From an uncultured Verrucomicrobiota bacterium (GTDB lineage: Bacteria > Verrucomicrobiota > Verrucomicrobiia > Limisphaerales > UBA9464): DNA of 38,188 nucleotides. Below are positions 16,401 through 24,237 of the stretch, piece by piece (the stretch's first letter is position 1; every line of letters starts with the position of its first letter). Location of the stretch: positions 1 to 38,188 of the forward strand of contig CAIOKD010000244.1 of assembly GCA_903858835.1 (NCBI GenBank), in the 5' to 3' direction. The position numbers and the translations under genes were made by a program. The notes beneath the pieces are model-generated. The model was not told where the DNA came from. It did not search any database and worked only from the letters and a program-made list of their open reading frames with translations.

Positions 16401-16702
16401 CCCTCGCGGGACTGGGAATACAGGTACTCCACCCCCGGGACCTCCCAGAGCAGCTTCTCCATCGGCCGAGTGGCCCGTTCCTCGACCTCCGAGGCGGACG
16501 ATCCCGGCATGGAGATCATCACATCCATCATCGGCACGCGGATCTGCGGCTCCTCCTCCCGCGGCAGCATGAGGAGGGCGAAGGCGCCCAGCAGTACGGA
16601 GGCGACGACGACGAGCGGGGTGAGCTTGGAATCGATGAAGGCGTGGGCGATCCGGCCCGCCAAGCCGTGGACCCTCGAAGCGTCGGAGGACTCTTGGTTC
16701 AC
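13427..16702 (-). CDS. Efflux RND transporter permease subunit (AcrB/AcrD/AcrF family)
   Basis: Track ORF of 1091 aa. The hallmark RND TM4 motif [19 protein letters not shown] is present, and its second-half counterpart is [17 protein letters not shown]-like ([16 protein letters not shown]). The GTG start at 16702 overlaps the stop of the upstream adaptor gene (GTGA). Confidence 0.95.
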   Translation of the reverse strand: MNQESSDASRVHGLAGRIAHAFIDSKLTPLVVVASVLLGAFALLMLPREEEPQIRVPMMDVMISMPGSSASEVEERATRPMEKLLWEVPGVEYLYSQSREGEALTIVRFKVGSDPDASLVKVSEKLRANQDRMPHGVAFPLIKPRSIDDVPILALTFHSARYDHMTLRRLVSQVDDAVKQVPWVAETTIIGGARRELRVLLDPARLASRGLSPVGIIPRLRQANRQFRSGELTSMNQAVVIETGAFLQSAEDVRTVVVGAVAGRPIYLREVADVVDGAEEPSNYVFHGTGAASTNAGPVREQPAVTLAIGKRPGANAISVAEDVLRKVDSLKGGLIPSEVTVSVTRHYGETAAEKSNELLLHMGIAVVSVSLLIWLTLGWRESGIVAVAIPATLALTLLVFYLYGFTLNRITLFALIFSIGILVDDAIVVVENIVRHFHLPQNRGRAWSVIAVEAVSEVGNPTILATFAVIAAVLPMAFVGGLMGPYMRPIPVGASAAMFWSLLIAFVVTPWASIRMLRWFRGEARLAALHSGGGHGTSEDVLTRLYRRVMDPLLHHPLWQWSFLGVITALLLGAMAMVVGGWVTVKMLPFDNKSEFQIILNMPEDSSLERTAQAAREIAAAVRDEPEVKDYQVYVGVASPFNFNGLVRHYFLRRGAPVADIQVNLVDKHARKAQSHDIAKRIRPAVVRVAQRFGARVAVAEVPPGPPVLQTLVAEIYGPTDEARSGLAEQVRAIFQSTPGVVDVDWYVEADQPKTRFVIDKEKAALVGISAETLSQTLRIAVGGESVDLLHVPREKEDINLVLQLPRSARVRPEELLALRVRSGDGNALPEPGATEAGPPLVPLRELVRLETGRVDKSRHRKNLMPVTYVIGDVAGVIESPVYAISEMNRKLAALPGKPRIHNASMPFTDAEPAMKWDGEWHITLEVFRDLGIAFAAVLVLIYVLMVGWFRSFLTPLLVMVAIPFSLVGILPAHGAMGAFFTATSMIGFMAGAGIVVRNSIILVDFIEQGLREGMPLDRAVIEAGAVRFRPMVLTAAAVIVGAAVILADPIFQGLALSLMAGEVASLLISRMAVPVLYFMAHRRGALPSR

Positions 16703-17760
16703 GGAATCACCTCCAGGGGCTGCCCTTCGCTCACCCGGTCGGGATCGCTCACCACGACCCGTTCACCCACCTCCAGGCCGGAGATCACTTCCAGGTCCTG
16801 CCCCATCCGCTTGCCGCTGCGGATAAGCCGCATCCGGGCCCGGCCATCGATGGCGGCCATCACGCACTCCATCTGGCCCCGCTGGAAGACCGCCGAGACG
16901 GGCACATGAGGCACGCTCGCCTGCCCTGTGGGCACGGCCACGCGACCGAACTGGCCCGAACGTAGCCCCGTCAACACCGGCAGGTCGAGCTTCACCCGAT
17001 AGGTACGGCTGACCGCCTCGGCCACCGGCGCGATCTCCACCACGACGCCCTCCACGGAGTCCTTGCGGGCGGCGATCCGCACGGGCAAGCGGGCCCCCGT
17101 CGATACCTGGTCGATCAGGGCTTCGGGAACATCGGCCTCGAACCGCAGGTGGGCCGGATCCTCGATCTCCACCAAGGGACGGCCCGGCGTCGCCAGGTCT
17201 CCCAGGTCGACCGCCTTGCGGGTGATGACGCCATCGAAGGGAGCCACGACGCGCGCATGGCCGAGCATCGTCTCCATTTCCGTGACCGCGGCCCTGGCCA
17301 CGCGATGACGGGACTGCACGGACTCCATCTCGGAGGGCGTGGCGGCGCCTTCCTTCAACAACTTGCTCACCCGGTCGAGATCCCGCACCGACTGCTCCAA
17401 CACCGCCCGTGCGGAATCGAGGCGGGCCTGGGTTTCCCGGGCATCCAGGGTGGCCAAGACCTCGCCCCGGCGGACGGACTGTCCCGGAGCCACTTGCAGC
17501 GACTCGATTCTGCCGGCCACCTTGGCCTCCACGGTGGCGCGCAACCGGGTACGGACCGTGCCCACGACCTCTTCGGTGGAGGTCAGGCCATGATTCTCGA
17601 CGGCCACCAGGCGGACCCGGACCGGCGGCAAGGGCGCAGGCGCCCCGCCATTGGATGGACCGGCACCCGGACCGGGGCCACACCCAGAACCCAGGCCCAC
17701 TAGCATCGACACCATGGCCACAGCCCCGAATAGGTGGCTGTTCATTGAAAATAGATTCAT
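16699..17760 (-). CDS. Efflux RND transporter periplasmic adaptor subunit (MFP/HlyD family), probable lipoprotein
   Basis: Track ORF of 353 aa. It has a signal with lipobox-like LVGLGSGC followed by a Gly/Pro linker. Lipoyl-like hairpin halves are [17 protein letters not shown] and [31 protein letters not shown], with a coiled-coil segment between them. There is a 4-nt overlap with the RND gene. Confidence 0.9.
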   Translation of the reverse strand: MNLFSMNSHLFGAVAMVSMLVGLGSGCGPGPGAGPSNGGAPAPLPPVRVRLVAVENHGLTSTEEVVGTVRTRLRATVEAKVAGRIESLQVAPGQSVRRGEVLATLDARETQARLDSARAVLEQSVRDLDRVSKLLKEGAATPSEMESVQSRHRVARAAVTEMETMLGHARVVAPFDGVITRKAVDLGDLATPGRPLVEIEDPAHLRFEADVPEALIDQVSTGARLPVRIAARKDSVEGVVVEIAPVAEAVSRTYRVKLDLPVLTGLRSGQFGRVAVPTGQASVPHVPVSAVFQRGQMECVMAAIDGRARMRLIRSGKRMGQDLEVISGLEVGERVVVSDPDRVSEGQPLEVIP

Positions 17761-17804
17761 GGGAAATGTCTGAACTGATGATCAGGGCCGGGAATATCCC
17801 GGGT

Positions 17805-18026
17805 TCACTCCTTCCGGCAGGACCCGGAGCAGCAGCCTTCCGATCCGACGCCCAACTTCTTGAGGACGATCTCGGCCGGACAGAAGCCGGTGAAGGCCGA
17901 CTGGATGAGATTGACGCCGACGAAGCAGGTCAGAAGCAGCCACCGCGGGCTGACGAAATGGGCCAAGGCCACACTGGCCAGGATCATCGATCCGGCCATC
18001 ACTCGAATCACGCTCTCGATCTTCAT
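17805..18026 (-). CDS. DUF2892 (YgaP-like) small membrane protein with a Cys-rich C-terminal tail
   Basis: This lies within track ORF 17805..18047, whose first codon is TTG. I trimmed it to ATG 18026, giving 73 aa: MKIESVIRVMAGSMILASVALAHFVSPRWLLLTCFVGVNLIQSAFTGFCPAEIVLKKLGVGSEGCCSGSCRKE. It has two hydrophobic helices and the DUF2892 signature FTGFCP...LKKLGV. The stop lies 44 nt upstream of the MFP gene. Confidence 0.75.
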   Translation of the reverse strand: MKIESVIRVMAGSMILASVALAHFVSPRWLLLTCFVGVNLIQSAFTGFCPAEIVLKKLGVGSEGCCSGSCRKE

Positions 18027-18067
18027 GGGATTTCGTTCGGGAACCAAAAGGTTGGTTTCTGTTTATG

Positions 18068-18095
18068 AGCGTATGATCATCTTTTGAAAAATCAA
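18068..18095 (-). promoter_or_regulatory. Candidate sigma70-like promoter for the DUF2892-MFP-RND operon, overlapped by an 8-bp palindrome
   Basis: On the minus strand, TTGATT (18095-18090) is followed by 16 nt and then TACGCT (18073-18068). The perfect palindrome ATGATCAT (18073-18080) overlaps the spacer/-10 junction. This is a consensus match only, and PVC promoter rules are poorly known. Confidence 0.2.
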
Positions 18096-18145
18096 TCCCT
18101 CTTTGAACCCCACCCTCCGTCAGGACATCCTGTACAGCCGACGCC

Positions 18146-18514
18146 GTGAAAGCCTCCCGAACCTTCGTCACCGTATGGGTGACCGCGCCGAACCGAGCCC
18201 TTGCGGTGAAACTGGGCCGCCTCGCGGTGGAGTCGGGATGGGCGGCCTGTGCCCAAGTCTCGGGTCCTCTGGAGTCGATCTATCGGTGGCAGGGAGCCGT
18301 GGAGTCCGCCAAGGAATGGCGACTGGTGCTCAAGACACGCGCCCGACAATTGCCCGGTCTCGAGGCGCTGGTGATCGCGAACCACCCCTACGACACGCCC
18401 CAATTCCTGGTGCTGCCCGTCCTCGGAGGATCGGCCAAATATCTGGAGTGGCTGGGAGAATGCACCCGTACCCCTGCCGGGCCCTCGCGCAGAACAAAAG
18501 CCCAACCCCGCTGA
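18146..18514 (+). CDS. cutA: Divalent-cation tolerance protein CutA
   Basis: Track ORF of 122 aa with a GTG start. It aligns by eye with the E. coli CutA core: VWVTAPNRALAVKLGRLAVESGWAACAQVSGPLESIYRWQGAVESAKEWRLVLKT...HPYDTPQFLVLPV...YLEWL. Confidence 0.9.
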   Translation: MKASRTFVTVWVTAPNRALAVKLGRLAVESGWAACAQVSGPLESIYRWQGAVESAKEWRLVLKTRARQLPGLEALVIANHPYDTPQFLVLPVLGGSAKYLEWLGECTRTPAGPSRRTKAQPR

Positions 18515-18518
18515 ATCC

Positions 18519-19136
18519 ATGGGTGTCAGCCCCAAACAGTTCGCCGCCATGGAGGCCCGACTCTCCGGACGATCCAAGTCGAACGCCCCGGGCCCGGCTG
18601 CGGCTGCGACGGAGCAGGTGCTCCGACTGCCCGAGGGCTCGCGGGTGCTGGGCATCGACCCCTCGCTGCGCGGCACCGGCTGGGGGGTGATCCGCGTCAC
18701 GACCACCGGTCCCACCTTCCTGGAGGCCGGGACCATCCGCTGCCCCAAGACCTGGGAACGTTCCCGATGCCTGGGCCAGATCCAACGGATCCTGGGAGAG
18801 GTCCTCCAACGCCATCCGCCGGCCCTCTGCGCCTGCGAAGGCCTGTTCTTCGCCCAGAACCTCCAGACGGCACTCATCATGGGTGAGGCCCGCGGTGCCG
18901 CTCTGGCCACGATCGCCCTCACCGGGACCGAGATCCACGAGATCGCCCCACGCAAGGTGAAGCTCGCGATGGTGGGTTACGGGGCTGCCCAGAAGATCGC
19001 CGTCGCCAAGATGGTGCAACGCCAACTGGGCCTGGCAGACACCCCCGACCCGGATGCCGCCGACGCCCTCGCACTGGCGCTGGTGATGGTGCAGGAGCTG
19101 CGCAACCCGCTCGGACCGGCCTCGAAGCGGGTCTGA
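18519..19136 (+). CDS. ruvC: Crossover junction endodeoxyribonuclease RuvC (with a ~40-aa N-terminal extension if ATG 18519 is the start)
   Basis: Track ORF of 205 aa. RuvC catalytic blocks are present: RVLGIDPSLRGTGWGVI, ACEGLFFAQN, ARGAA and DAADALALAL. ATG 18519 is 4 nt after the cutA stop. An alternative in-frame GTG at 18618 would give a canonical-length protein. Confidence 0.85.
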   Translation: MGVSPKQFAAMEARLSGRSKSNAPGPAAAATEQVLRLPEGSRVLGIDPSLRGTGWGVIRVTTTGPTFLEAGTIRCPKTWERSRCLGQIQRILGEVLQRHPPALCACEGLFFAQNLQTALIMGEARGAALATIALTGTEIHEIAPRKVKLAMVGYGAAQKIAVAKMVQRQLGLADTPDPDAADALALALVMVQELRNPLGPASKRV

Positions 19137-19201
19137 ACGGGTGAGCCGTGGCCTGCGATTCTGGTGGTGCGGGATCGACGGGCACGGGCTTTGATCTCCC
19201 C

Positions 19202-19684
19202 ATGCAACTCGATGTGGGCATCATCACCATCTCCGACAGGGCCTCGCAGGGACTCTACGACGATCTGGGCGGGCCCGCCCTCCAGGCGGCCGCGGCGGGC
19301 TACGGATGGAACGTGATCGACAGTGTCCTCGTGCCGGATGAGATCCAAGACATCCAGCGGGCCATCCGTTCGCTGATCGGCAAGGGCTGCTCGCTGGTGC
19401 TGACCACCGGGGGCACCGGGGTCGCCCTGCGCGATGTCACCCCGGAGGCGGTCCGCCAGATCGCCATCCGGGAACTGCCCGGGTTCGGCGAGCAGATGCG
19501 CATGGAGAGCCTCAAGATCACCCCCAACGCAATCCTGTCTCGGAACCTGGCCGCGGTGGTGGACCGCACCCTGGTGATCTGCCTTCCCGGCAAACCGAAG
19601 GGCGCGGTGGAATGCCTCGGCTTCGTGGTCAAAGCCATCCCCCACTGCGTGGAGGTGCTGCAGGAGGTCCCCACCAGTTGCTGA
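19202..19684 (+). CDS. mog: Molybdopterin adenylyltransferase Mog (MoCF_biosynth family)
   Basis: This lies within track ORF 19148..19684, whose first codon is GTG. I trimmed it to ATG 19202 so the N-terminus (MQLDVGIITISDRASQGLYDD) matches E. coli Mog (IGLVSISDRASSGVYQD). Further matches are LVLTTGGTG...RDVTPEA and ELPGFGEQMR...TPNAILSR...LPGKPK. Confidence 0.85.
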   Translation: MQLDVGIITISDRASQGLYDDLGGPALQAAAAGYGWNVIDSVLVPDEIQDIQRAIRSLIGKGCSLVLTTGGTGVALRDVTPEAVRQIAIRELPGFGEQMRMESLKITPNAILSRNLAAVVDRTLVICLPGKPKGAVECLGFVVKAIPHCVEVLQEVPTSC

Positions 19685-19796
19685 CTTCGGTCGGGCCGAC
19701 AACCGATTTCGATCACGCCGGTCCAACCGCACTTGCCCATATGAAAAGCAGGGCTGGGCAGCCTTTCAGGCACACCGCCCCACGGCTCCCCACCGT

Positions 19797-21539
19797 TCAA
19801 CCCTGCAAACGCGCAGCCTCGGCGCGGACCCAGGCGATCACCTCGGCGGCCGCGGCGGCGATGGGGACCATGCGCATCGTACCGCCGCGGGGCTTCAGCT
19901 CGATCTCGCCCTTGGCCAGGGATTTCTCGCCCAGATTCACACGGAGCGGGAACCCGACGAGTTCGCTGTCCTTGAACTTAACCCCCGGGCGCTCATCCCG
20001 GTCATCGAGAATGGACTCGATGCCGGCTTCAGCCAGCTTGGCCGACAGTTCGCGGGCCAGCATCATGGGCTGGCTGTCGGGAGCCACGGTGAGCGGCGTG
20101 ATGCAGACGGGGAACGGGGCCACGCTGACCGGCCACCGGATGCCGTCCTTGTCGTTGCACTGCTCGATGACCGCCTGGAGCGTCCGGGTGACGCCGATGC
20201 CATAGCAACCCATCACCGCCGGATGGCGGGAACCGTCTTCGGAGAGGAACGTGGCGTTGAGCTTCTCGGAATACTTGGTGCCCAGCTTGAAGACATGGCC
20301 GACCTCGATGGCCCGGCGGATCTTCAGCGGTTGGCCGGTCTCCACGCACGCCTCGCCCACTTTGACCGTGCGGAGGTCGTACCAGGCCGTGACCTTGAGG
20401 TCGCGATCCACCTCGACATGGCGCAGGTGGAACCCGTCTTCGTTGGCCCCGGTGGTCATGCCCCGGGCGCCTCGCAGGGATTCGTCGGCATAGACCGGAA
20501 CGGAGGTCTTGAGGGTGCTCGCGACCGCGCCCAGGGAGCCCGGACGCGCCCCCAGCAGTGCCACGATCTCGTCGGCCGTGGCCGGTCGCACCTGCACCGC
20601 CCCGGTCTTGGCCATCAGCTTCGCCTCATTGAGCACGTCGTCGCCGCGGATCAGCACCAGGACGGGCTTGGAGTCGGCGATGAACACCAGCGTCTTGATC
20701 TGCTGGCGCGCCGAGACGCCATGGGGCGCCGCTGCCAAGGCTTCGATGGTAACCACACCCGGCGTGGGGAACTTCTCGGGGGCCGACCCGGTGGATTCCG
20801 ACGGAGTCGCCTCCGACGGCCCCCGGCTGACGGCCTTTTCGATGTTGGCCGCATACTTGCCCGACTCGCAGTAGACCACATCGTTCTCACCGGTCTCGGC
20901 GGGCACCATGAACTCGTGGGAGTAATTGCCGCCGATGACGCCGGTGTCGGCCTCGACCGGGAAAGCCTGCAGCCCGCATCGGGCGAAGATGCGGGTGTAG
21001 GCGTCGTACATCTTGTGGTAGCTGGCCATCGCCCCGGCATCGGTGGCGTCGAAGGAATAGGCGTCCTTCATGAGGAACTCCTTGGCCCGCATCAGGCCGA
21101 ACCGCGGACGGATCTCGTCCCGGAACTTGGTCTGGATCTGGTAGAAGTTCTTGGGCAACTGCCGGTAGGAATTGAGTTCGTTGGCGGCCAGCGAGGTGAT
21201 CACCTCCTCATGGGTGGGCCCGAGGACCCAATCCTTGCGAGCCGAGTCGCGGACCTTGAAGAGCACCCCGGAAGCGGTTTCATAGCGACCGGATTGCTGC
21301 CAGATGTCGATCGGCTGGAGGGCCGGCATGAGGACCTCGATGCCGCCGGCGCGGTTCATCTCCTCACGGATGATCTGCTCGATCTTGCGCAGGACCCGCA
21401 GGCCCAGGGGCAGGAAGGTGTACAACCCCCCGGTCAATTTGCGGACCAACCCCGCGCGCAGCAGGAGTTGGTGGGACACGATCTCGGCGTCCGCCGGGGT
21501 TTCCTTGAGGGTGGGAATGAACGTCTGGGACCAGAGCAT
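19797..21539 (-). CDS. proS: Proline--tRNA ligase (bacterial type with INS editing domain)
   Basis: Track ORF of 580 aa. The N-terminus MLWSQTFIPTLKETPADAEIVSHQLLLRAGLVRKLTGGLYTFLPLG closely parallels E. coli ProRS. Class II motifs are present (FRDEIRPRFGLMRAKEFLMKDAYSF; GCYGIGVTR). Confidence 0.95.
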   Translation of the reverse strand: MLWSQTFIPTLKETPADAEIVSHQLLLRAGLVRKLTGGLYTFLPLGLRVLRKIEQIIREEMNRAGGIEVLMPALQPIDIWQQSGRYETASGVLFKVRDSARKDWVLGPTHEEVITSLAANELNSYRQLPKNFYQIQTKFRDEIRPRFGLMRAKEFLMKDAYSFDATDAGAMASYHKMYDAYTRIFARCGLQAFPVEADTGVIGGNYSHEFMVPAETGENDVVYCESGKYAANIEKAVSRGPSEATPSESTGSAPEKFPTPGVVTIEALAAAPHGVSARQQIKTLVFIADSKPVLVLIRGDDVLNEAKLMAKTGAVQVRPATADEIVALLGARPGSLGAVASTLKTSVPVYADESLRGARGMTTGANEDGFHLRHVEVDRDLKVTAWYDLRTVKVGEACVETGQPLKIRRAIEVGHVFKLGTKYSEKLNATFLSEDGSRHPAVMGCYGIGVTRTLQAVIEQCNDKDGIRWPVSVAPFPVCITPLTVAPDSQPMMLARELSAKLAEAGIESILDDRDERPGVKFKDSELVGFPLRVNLGEKSLAKGEIELKPRGGTMRMVPIAAAAAEVIAWVRAEAARLQG

Positions 21540-21586
21540 GGGAAAGTCTGTGGGGGTGTGGGGTTTTGAGGCCAGAGGGAAAGGAA

Positions 21587-21615
21587 GAGGCCCCAGGGTA
21601 GCACCGAGGGGCCTC
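21587..21615 (-). terminator. Hairpin downstream of the FAH-family gene (weak terminator candidate)
   Basis: GAGGCCCC (21587-21594) pairs with GGGGCCTC (21608-21615), an 8-bp stem with a 13-nt loop. On the minus strand it is followed by TTCCTTTCCCTC. Confidence 0.3.
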
Positions 21616-21665
21616 GAGAGATAAATCGGAGATTCGGTTGGGGATTGGTCACCCCTGTCCTGAAG

Positions 21666-22421
21666 TCATTTCACGGTGTTGACCAGCGGAGCCATCCCCT
21701 GGATGCGGACCTCGAGGCGATCGCCCGACTCGATGGGGCCCACGCCGGCGGGCGTTCCCGTCAGGATGACATCGCCCGGGAGGAGGGTCATGTTGGTCGA
21801 GATGAAGCTCACCAACTGGAAGCAGTTGAAGATCAACTGGCTGGTGTTGCCGTTCTGCCGCAGCTGACCGTTCTGGAAGAGCTGGATGCTCAGATCATGC
21901 GGGTCGATCTTGGTCTCTATGTAAGGCCCGAGCGGGGTGAAGGTGTCGAAGGACTTCGAGCGGGCGAACTGGCTCTCGCTGGCCTGGATCGTCCGGTCGG
22001 TGATGTCCTGCGAGGCCGTATAACCGAAGATGTAGCGGGCCGCGGCCGCCGGGGTGACGTTGCGCATCTTGCGGCCGATCACCACGGCCAGTTCGGCCTC
22101 GAAGTCGTTGCGATGGTTGGCGAACGGGATCTCGATCTTGGAACCGTCGGGGATGAGCGAGGTCGGGGCCTTGAGCCAGAACAACGGCTCCTTCGGAGGG
22201 GTCATGCCGGATTCGCGGGCATGGTCGGCGTAGTTGAGGCCCACGGCGATGATCTTGGACGGATGGACCGGGGTGAGGGTCTTGACGCCCTTGAGGGGGG
22301 TCGGTTTCTTCTCGAAGGAAGGAGATCCAAAGACATCGCCCTGAAGCTTGAAGATCTCCCCGTCGACGACCTTGGCGTGGAAGATCTCCTCGCCCTTTTG
22401 GAACCGCCCGATGGCTGCCAT
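21666..22421 (-). CDS. Fumarylacetoacetate hydrolase (FAH) family protein
   Basis: This lies within track ORF 21666..22481. I trimmed it to ATG 22421 (MAAIGRFQKGEEIF...). FAH-fold blocks are present: KIIAVGLNYADHARESG, FEAELAVVIGRK and LLPGDVILTGTPAGVGPI. Confidence 0.85.
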   Translation of the reverse strand: MAAIGRFQKGEEIFHAKVVDGEIFKLQGDVFGSPSFEKKPTPLKGVKTLTPVHPSKIIAVGLNYADHARESGMTPPKEPLFWLKAPTSLIPDGSKIEIPFANHRNDFEAELAVVIGRKMRNVTPAAAARYIFGYTASQDITDRTIQASESQFARSKSFDTFTPLGPYIETKIDPHDLSIQLFQNGQLRQNGNTSQLIFNCFQLVSFISTNMTLLPGDVILTGTPAGVGPIESGDRLEVRIQGMAPLVNTVK

Positions 22422-22515
22422 GCCCAAAGGTGTACCACCGGGGGGGTGCCGGTCGCAAGCCAAAGACTCAAACGCCGTCAAGGAAGTTTTGACCCCTACC
22501 CCGAAGGAAAACCCG

Positions 22516-24237
22516 TCACTTTTTGTCAGCGACCACCGGTGGATCGCCCAGGACCGTCAACCATAGGCGGGGCGTGGACTCCAGCACCAACCTCCGAAAG
22601 CCCTGGGGAACCCCGTTGTTCTCGCCGGCGCTCACCATCGAGAACCTCGCCCGCTGGGGCTTCGCATCGCCCGGAGCCGAGACCTCGACGAAGAACGGCC
22701 CCGAATGGGGGGCGGCATTGGTGGCGGTGATCCAGCGGAGCGTCGCCTCGGACCCCTTCTCGGGCACCTCCACCGGATCCACCCGAACCCCCGAAGGAAC
22801 CCCTCGCACCGAGACCGTCAACCGCCCATCGGCCCCATGGCGACGAGCCAGGGTCACCTTCCACTCGTTGGTCTTGCCCCGCTCGAGCAACAACGCCGCC
22901 TCGGGCACCGATGCGCTCCAACTGGGCTTGGGTCGCACCACGGAAAGCCGATACCGCTGGTCGCGCCCGCCGCGCTGCAGCAAGTTGCCCACCACCACCC
23001 GGTATTCCCCGTCCGCCGGCGGCGTCCAGTCGAGCGAGGGATCGGCCCCGCCCGCGTCGTCGTTGCGGGCCGACTCCTTGCCGTCGCCACCCTCGATCCG
23101 CAGCCAGGCATCGAGCGGGAATCCCAGGCCCGCGGCCCGGACCTCGAACCGCAAGGCCTCGCCCTTCCGCCCGGGAAACTTGTAGCGATCCTCGTCGCCC
23201 GCGCGGTCCAGATCGCCGGAGACGGCCGAAGGGATCTCGAGCGCCTGGGCCGTGGCGGCTGAATCGTTCGGCTCGGTCTCGACCCACTCCCGGCCCTCGC
23301 CCACGGGCACCTCAAGCGGGGCCGCATGGCCCGGAATCCGGAGTGTGTGCGACTCGGACCCGGCCGGGATCGACGCCGTGGGCACGACCATCGATTCGGC
23401 CGAGATCGCGGACACCCCCCAATCGCCCCAGCCCAACCGTGTGTCGCCGGAGCGACTCACTCCCAGGGGCCAGGCGTGGCGCGCCACCGGATCGGTGGTG
23501 ATCTGGAGCCGGTACACCCCCTTGGGACCGCCGCTGAAGCGCAGGTCCGAGTCGGCCGGATAAGCGAATCCGAAGACCTGGATGACATGGCGGCCGGAGG
23601 TCTCCGCACGCCAGACAAGGAAGGGATCCAGAGAACGGACCTCGTCATGATTCCAGGCCACCTGGACTCCCCGGGAATCGATCAACCTCAGCACCGGGTC
23701 CAAGGGCGACTGGAGTTGGTAGGCTTCCATCCGGACCACGAGGGTCTGCCCCGCGCGGAGGTCCACCGAATAACTGTCCACGTCTCCGTTCTTCTCGAGG
23801 CGACCATTGATCTCCGCCGGAAGGTTCGGCAAGGCCTGGGCCGTGTCGGCCCCGTCATTCGGCTCGACCTCGGCGCGCTGCGGATTCGCCGAAAGGATCA
23901 GGAATCGCGGCACGCTGGCCCCCTCCGCCGAGACGGCCCGGAAGACATGGGCACCGACGGGCGCATCACGACCCACCCGGAGGGTGACGACGCCCGTATT
24001 GGTGGTGGCCTCCCAGGTCACTCCGGGAATGTCGAGATCGACCCGCATGGGCCAGGGATCGAACTTGCCCACGAGGGTGACCGCCTGGGTGGTGCCGATC
24101 TGGATCGCCGCCGGGAAGACATGATCCAGCACCGGCACGGCCCCTTGGAGACCGGCCACGCTGACCCAAAGAATCAGGGTCCAAAACCAGGCATCGCCCG
24201 CCCTCGGGGCGTTCCGTTGGATCGGGAACACCCTCAC
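22516..24237 (-). CDS. Secreted protein with two pre-peptidase C-terminal (PPC) domains
   Basis: This is the C-terminal 573 codons of track ORF 22516..24681. The upstream 148 codons overlap the DUF1501 gene and are Arg/Gly/Pro-rich. In-frame GTG 24237-24235 overlaps the DUF1501 stop (GTGA) and precedes a hydrophobic signal (AWFWTLILWVSVAGLQG). The two PPC signatures are EVEPNDGADTAQALPNLPAEINGRLEKNGDVDSYSVDLRAGQTLVV and ETEPNDSAATAQALEIPSAVSGDLDRAGDEDRYKFPGRKGEALRF. Confidence 0.75.
   Translation of the reverse strand: MRVFPIQRNAPRAGDAWFWTLILWVSVAGLQGAVPVLDHVFPAAIQIGTTQAVTLVGKFDPWPMRVDLDIPGVTWEATTNTGVVTLRVGRDAPVGAHVFRAVSAEGASVPRFLILSANPQRAEVEPNDGADTAQALPNLPAEINGRLEKNGDVDSYSVDLRAGQTLVVRMEAYQLQSPLDPVLRLIDSRGVQVAWNHDEVRSLDPFLVWRAETSGRHVIQVFGFAYPADSDLRFSGGPKGVYRLQITTDPVARHAWPLGVSRSGDTRLGWGDWGVSAISAESMVVPTASIPAGSESHTLRIPGHAAPLEVPVGEGREWVETEPNDSAATAQALEIPSAVSGDLDRAGDEDRYKFPGRKGEALRFEVRAAGLGFPLDAWLRIEGGDGKESARNDDAGGADPSLDWTPPADGEYRVVVGNLLQRGGRDQRYRLSVVRPKPSWSASVPEAALLLERGKTNEWKVTLARRHGADGRLTVSVRGVPSGVRVDPVEVPEKGSEATLRWITATNAAPHSGPFFVEVSAPGDAKPQRARFSMVSAGENNGVPQGFRRLVLESTPRLWLTVLGDPPVVADKK

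Noticed and set aside
14327-16909. 860-aa + strand ORF, the longest + ORF in the window
   Set aside because: It is exactly antisense to the RND pump and adaptor genes, whose identity is unambiguous (the [13 protein letters not shown] motif). The product is Gly/His/Arg/Asp/Pro-rich with no hydrophobic core pattern.
17782-18171. 129-aa minus ORF and 75-aa + ORF (17860..18087) overlapping the DUF2892 gene and the divergent promoter region
   Set aside because: Neither has a recognisable motif. They span the AT-richer intergenic region, and the alternative frame (DUF2892) has a clear family signature.
19685-19796. Convergent terminators between mog and proS
   Set aside because: I found only weak structures: a 7-bp stem with a 3-nt bulge at about 19687-19706, and a 4-5-bp GGCT/AGCC stem at about 19753-19764. 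These are not strong enough to call as features.
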